This document shows positions 16,306 through 19,199 of a DNA stretch of 19,199 nt, one piece after another. The stretch is from a virus. Taxonomy: Duplodnaviria > Heunggongvirae > Uroviricota > Caudoviricetes. The stretch's first letter is position 1; each line of letters opens with the position of its first letter. Under the pieces are notes generated by a model, which did no database searches, was not told the origin of the DNA, and saw only the letters and a list, made by a program, of their open reading frames with translations. The stretch spans positions 1 through 19,199 of the IMG/VR virus record IMGVR_UViG_2617270967_000019. One strand, written 5' to 3'. Made by a program: the position numbers and the translations under genes.

Positions 16306-16438
16306 ATTCACTATCGCCACTTTTATTGGCGATGAAAAGATGTTTCGTGAGGCCGTCGACGCTTATAAAAAATGGATATTAATACTGAAACTGAGATCAA
16401 GCAAAAGCATTCACTACCCCCCTTCCCTGTTTTCCTAA
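16274..16438 (+). CDS. kil: Kil (FtsZ-targeting host-killing protein), 54 codons here
   Basis: [47 protein letters not shown]... recognised as lambda Kil; overlaps the cIII 3' end and the gam 5' end. The frame runs 7 codons beyond where I recall lambda kil ending. Confidence 0.75.
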   Translation: MDQTLMAIQTKFTIATFIGDEKMFREAVDAYKKWILILKLRSSKSIHYPPSLFS

Positions 16439-16788
16439 TCAGCCCGGCATTTCGCGGACGATATTTTCACAGCTATTTCAGGAGTTCAGCCATGAACGCT
16501 TATTACATTCAGGATCGTCTTGAGGCTCAGAGCTGGGCGCGTCACTACCAGCAGATCGCCCGTGAAGAGAAAGAGGCAGAACTGGCAGACGACATGGAAA
16601 AAGGCCTGCCCCAGCACCTGTTTGAATCGCTATGCATCGATCATTTGCAACGCCACGGGGCCAGCAAAAAAGCCATTACCCGTGCGTTTGATGACGATGT
16701 TGAGTTTCAGGAGCGCATGGCAGAACACATCCGGTACATGGTTGAAACCATTGCTCACCATCAGGTTGATATTGATTCAGAGGTATAA
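16372..16788 (+). CDS. gam: Gam (RecBCD inhibitor)
   Basis: 138 aa, [61 protein letters not shown]..., recognised as lambda Gam. Confidence 0.95.
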   Translation: MDINTETEIKQKHSLPPFPVFLISPAFRGRYFHSYFRSSAMNAYYIQDRLEAQSWARHYQQIAREEKEAELADDMEKGLPQHLFESLCIDHLQRHGASKKAITRAFDDDVEFQERMAEHIRYMVETIAHHQVDIDSEV

Positions 16789-16793
16789 AACGG

Positions 16794-17579
16794 ATGAGTA
16801 CAGCACTCGCAACGCTGGCAGGGAAGCTGGCTGAACGTGTCGGCATGGATTCTGTCGACCCACAGGAACTGATCACCACTCTTCGCCAGACGGCATTTAA
16901 AGGTGATGCCAGCGATGCGCAGTTCATCGCATTGTTGATCGTCGCCAACCAGTACGGCCTTAATCCGTGGACGAAAGAAATTTACGCCTTCCCTGATAAG
17001 CAGAACGGCATCGTTCCGGTGGTGGGCGTTGATGGCTGGTCCCGTATCATCAATGAAAACCAGCAGTTTGATGGCATGGACTTTGAGCAGGACAATGAAT
17101 CCTGCACATGCCGGATTTACCGCAAGGACCGTAATCATCCGATCTGCGTTACCGAGTGGATGGATGAATGCCGCCGCGAACCATTCAAAACCCGCGAAGG
17201 CAGAGAAATCACGGGGCCGTGGCAGTCGCATCCCAAACGGATGTTGCGTCATAAAGCCATGATTCAGTGTGCCCGTCTGGCCTTCGGATTTGCTGGTATC
17301 TATGACAAGGATGAAGCCGAGCGCATTGTCGAAAATACCGCATACACTGCAGAACGTCAGCCGGAACGCGACATCACTCCGGTTAACGATGAAACCATGC
17401 AGGAGATTAACACTCTGCTGATTGCCCTGGATAAAACATGGGATGACGACTTATTGCCGCTCTGTTCCCAGATATTTCGCCGCGACATTCGCGCATCGTC
17501 AGAACTGACACAGGCCGAAGCAGTGAAAGCTCTTGGATTCCTGAAACAGAAAGCCTCTGAGCAGAAGGTGGCTGCATGA
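16794..17579 (+). CDS. bet: Bet (Red-beta single-strand annealing protein)
   Basis: 261 aa, [72 protein letters not shown]..., recognised as lambda Bet over its full length. Confidence 0.97.
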   Translation: MSTALATLAGKLAERVGMDSVDPQELITTLRQTAFKGDASDAQFIALLIVANQYGLNPWTKEIYAFPDKQNGIVPVVGVDGWSRIINENQQFDGMDFEQDNESCTCRIYRKDRNHPICVTEWMDECRREPFKTREGREITGPWQSHPKRMLRHKAMIQCARLAFGFAGIYDKDEAERIVENTAYTAERQPERDITPVNDETMQEINTLLIALDKTWDDDLLPLCSQIFRRDIRASSELTQAEAVKALGFLKQKASEQKVAA

Positions 17580-18256
17580 CACCGGACATTATCCTGCAGC
17601 GTACCGGGATCGACGTGAGAGCTGTCGAACAGGGAGATGATGCGTGGAACAAATTACGACTCGGCGTCATCACGGCTTCAGAAGTTCACAATGTGATAGC
17701 AAAACCCCGCTCCGGTAAAAAGTGGCCTGACATGAAAATGTCCTACTTTCACACCCTGCTGGCTGAGATTTGTACCGGTGTGGCTCCGGAAGTTAACGCT
17801 AAGGCGCTGGCCTGGGGAAAAAAGTACGAGAATGACGCCAGAGCCCTGTTTGAGTTTACTTCCGGCGTGAATGTTACTGAATCCCCGATCATCTATCGCG
17901 ACGAAAGTATGCGCACCGCCTGCTCTCCCGATGGTTTATGCAGTGACGGCAACGGCCTTGAGCTGAAATGCCCGTTTACCTCCCGGGATTTCATGAAGTT
18001 CCGGCTCGGTGGTTTCGAGGCCATAAAGTCGGCTTACATGGCCCAGGTGCAGTACAGCATGTGGGTGACGCGAAAAGATGCCTGGTACTTTGCCAACTAT
18101 GACCCACGAATGAAGCGTGAAGGCCTGCATTATGTCGTGGTTGAGCGGGATGAAAATTACATGGCGAGTTTTGACGAGATGGTGCCGGAGTTCATCGAAA
18201 AAATGGACGAGGCACTGGCTGAAATTGGTTTTGTATTTGGGGAGCAATGGCGATGA
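17576..18256 (+). CDS. exo: Exo (Red-alpha 5'-3' exonuclease)
   Basis: 226 aa, [68 protein letters not shown]..., recognised as lambda Exo; ATGA overlap with bet. Confidence 0.97.
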   Translation: MTPDIILQRTGIDVRAVEQGDDAWNKLRLGVITASEVHNVIAKPRSGKKWPDMKMSYFHTLLAEICTGVAPEVNAKALAWGKKYENDARALFEFTSGVNVTESPIIYRDESMRTACSPDGLCSDGNGLELKCPFTSRDFMKFRLGGFEAIKSAYMAQVQYSMWVTRKDAWYFANYDPRMKREGLHYVVVERDENYMASFDEMVPEFIEKMDEALAEIGFVFGEQWR

Positions 18257-18435
18257 CGCATCCTCACGATAATATCCGGGTAGGCGCGATCACTTTCGTC
18301 TACTCCGTTACAAAGCGAGGCTGGGTATTTCCCGGCCTTTCTGTTACCCGAAATCCCCTGAAAGCACAGCGGCTGGCTGAGGAGATAAATAATAAACGGG
18401 GAGCTGTATGCACAAAGCATCTCCTGTTGAGTTAA
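18253..18435 (+). CDS. Orf60a-like small protein
   Basis: 60 aa from the ATG at 18253 overlapping the exo stop; matches the position and size of lambda orf60a. Confidence 0.65.
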   Translation: MTHPHDNIRVGAITFVYSVTKRGWVFPGLSVTRNPLKAQRLAEEINNKRGAVCTKHLLLS

Positions 18436-18599
18436 GAACGAGTATCGAGATGGCACATAGCCTTGCTCAAATTGGAATCAGGTTTGTGCCAATACCAGTA
18501 GAAACAGACGAAGAATTTCATACGTTAGCCACATCCCTTTCACAAAAACTGGAAATGATGGTGGCGAAAGCAGAAGCAGATGAGAGAGACCAGGTATGA
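18408..18599 (+). CDS. Orf63-like small protein
   Basis: 63 aa, [63 protein letters not shown]; matches the position and size of lambda orf63. Confidence 0.65.
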   Translation: MHKASPVELRTSIEMAHSLAQIGIRFVPIPVETDEEFHTLATSLSQKLEMMVAKAEADERDQV

Positions 18600-18679
18600 C
18601 AACCACTGAATGCATTTTTCTGGCAGCGGGCTTCATATTCTGTGTGCTTATGCTTGCCGACATGGGGCTTGTTCAGTGA
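18596..18679 (+). CDS. Possible 27-aa hydrophobic single-TM peptide
   Basis: ATG at 18596 overlaps the orf63 stop (ATGA); MTTTECIFLAAGFIFCVLMLADMGLVQ. Below the ORF-track cutoff. Confidence 0.3.
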   Translation: MTTTECIFLAAGFIFCVLMLADMGLVQ

Positions 18680-18891
18680 CACCTCAGCAGGAAAACGCCC
18701 TTCGCAGCATTGCCCGTCAGGCTAATTCTGAAATCAAAAAAGCCAGACAGCAGTTTCCGGATAAAAACGTCGATGACATTTGCCGTAGCGTACTGAAGAA
18801 GCACCGCGAAACGGTAACGCTGATGGGATTCACACCGACTCATTTAAGTCTAGCAATCGGCATGTTAAACGGCGTTTTTAAGGAACGGTGA
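18610..18891 (+). CDS. Hypothetical protein in the orf61/ea22 region, start uncertain
   Basis: 93-aa ORF in a different frame from the hydrophobic peptide; an internal GTG at 18676 would give about 71 aa. Followed by a terminator hairpin. Confidence 0.4.
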   Translation: MHFSGSGLHILCAYACRHGACSVTPQQENALRSIARQANSEIKKARQQFPDKNVDDICRSVLKKHRETVTLMGFTPTHLSLAIGMLNGVFKER

Positions 18892-18913
18892 ACATGAAAA
18901 GCAAAATCATCAG

Positions 18914-18935
18914 GGAGCTACAGGCTCCTTTTTTA
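18914..18935 (+). terminator. Rho-independent terminator
   Basis: GGAGC-TACAG-GCTCC followed by TTTTTTATT. Confidence 0.45.
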
Positions 18936-18989
18936 TTATTCGCATTCACCCTCAAGCGTATTAACCAACAATTCAGGGATTAATGAAAG

Positions 18990-19199
18990 ATGGCAGACAT
19001 CATTGATTCAGCATCAGAAATTGAAGAATTACAGCGCAACACAGCAATAAAAATGCGCCGCCTGAACCACCAGGCTATATCTGCCACTCATTGTTGTGAG
19101 TGTGGCGATCCGATAGATGAACGAAGACGCCTGGCCGTTCAGGGTTGTCGGACTTGTGCAAGTTGCCAGGAGGATCTGGAACTTATCAGTAAACAGAGA
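18990..19199 (+). CDS. TraR/DksA-family C4 zinc-finger protein (lambda orf73-like), 3' end beyond the window
   Basis: MADIIDSASEIEELQRNTAIKMRRLNHQAISATHCCECGDPIDERRRLAVQGCRTCASCQEDLELISKQR; C-x2-C-x17-C-x2-C spacing typical of TraR/DksA zinc fingers. No stop codon before the window end. Confidence 0.7.
   Translation, partial: MADIIDSASEIEELQRNTAIKMRRLNHQAISATHCCECGDPIDERRRLAVQGCRTCASCQEDLELISKQR

Noticed and set aside
18895-18984. 29-codon ORF MKSKIIRELQAPFLLFAFTLKRINQQFRD
   Set aside because: Overlaps the terminator hairpin at 18914-18935 and has no convincing RBS.

Overview
This window is a mosaic lambdoid prophage segment, read here in the opposite orientation to the conventional lambda map (window + strand = lambda leftward strand). 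No head, tail, terminase or cos sequences are present, so within this window it looks defective. All protein identifications are from recognising the translations by eye and from memory; no database search was run.

Layout, high to low coordinate on the + strand (pL operon): a 434-type cI repressor (12922-13554) with a translationally coupled secreted-protein gene (13551-13955), OL/pL/nutL, N, an AT-rich accessory gene with no lambda protein I recognise (14831-15511), ea10, cIII, kil, gam, bet, exo, orf60a, orf63 and a TraR-like orf73 homologue that runs off the window end.

Layout on the - strand (pR operon): 434-type cro, nutR/tR1, cII, O (with ori iterons), P, ren, tR2-like terminator, ninB, a frameshifted phage Dam-type methyltransferase, small nin genes, a YbcO-like protein, rusA, a ninH-like gene, Q, pR'/6S RNA/tR', two tRNA-like genes, a dual-start holin, a SAR endolysin, Rz/Rz1 and a terminator. 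Below that lie a KilA-N protein, a frameshifted tail-fibre-like remnant with a tail fibre assembly gene, and a convergent AT-rich cargo pair (a possible GH43-like hydrolase and an acyltransferase-3 membrane protein). The cargo pair is transcribed divergently from a UmuD'-like gene, with a LexA box and GATC-containing direct repeats in the shared intergenic region.

The strongest candidates for an undescribed system are the accessory gene in the lambda sieB/ral slot, the cI-coupled secreted protein in the rexAB slot, and the GATC-repeat-controlled surface-modification cargo next to the SOS-boxed UmuD'-like gene.
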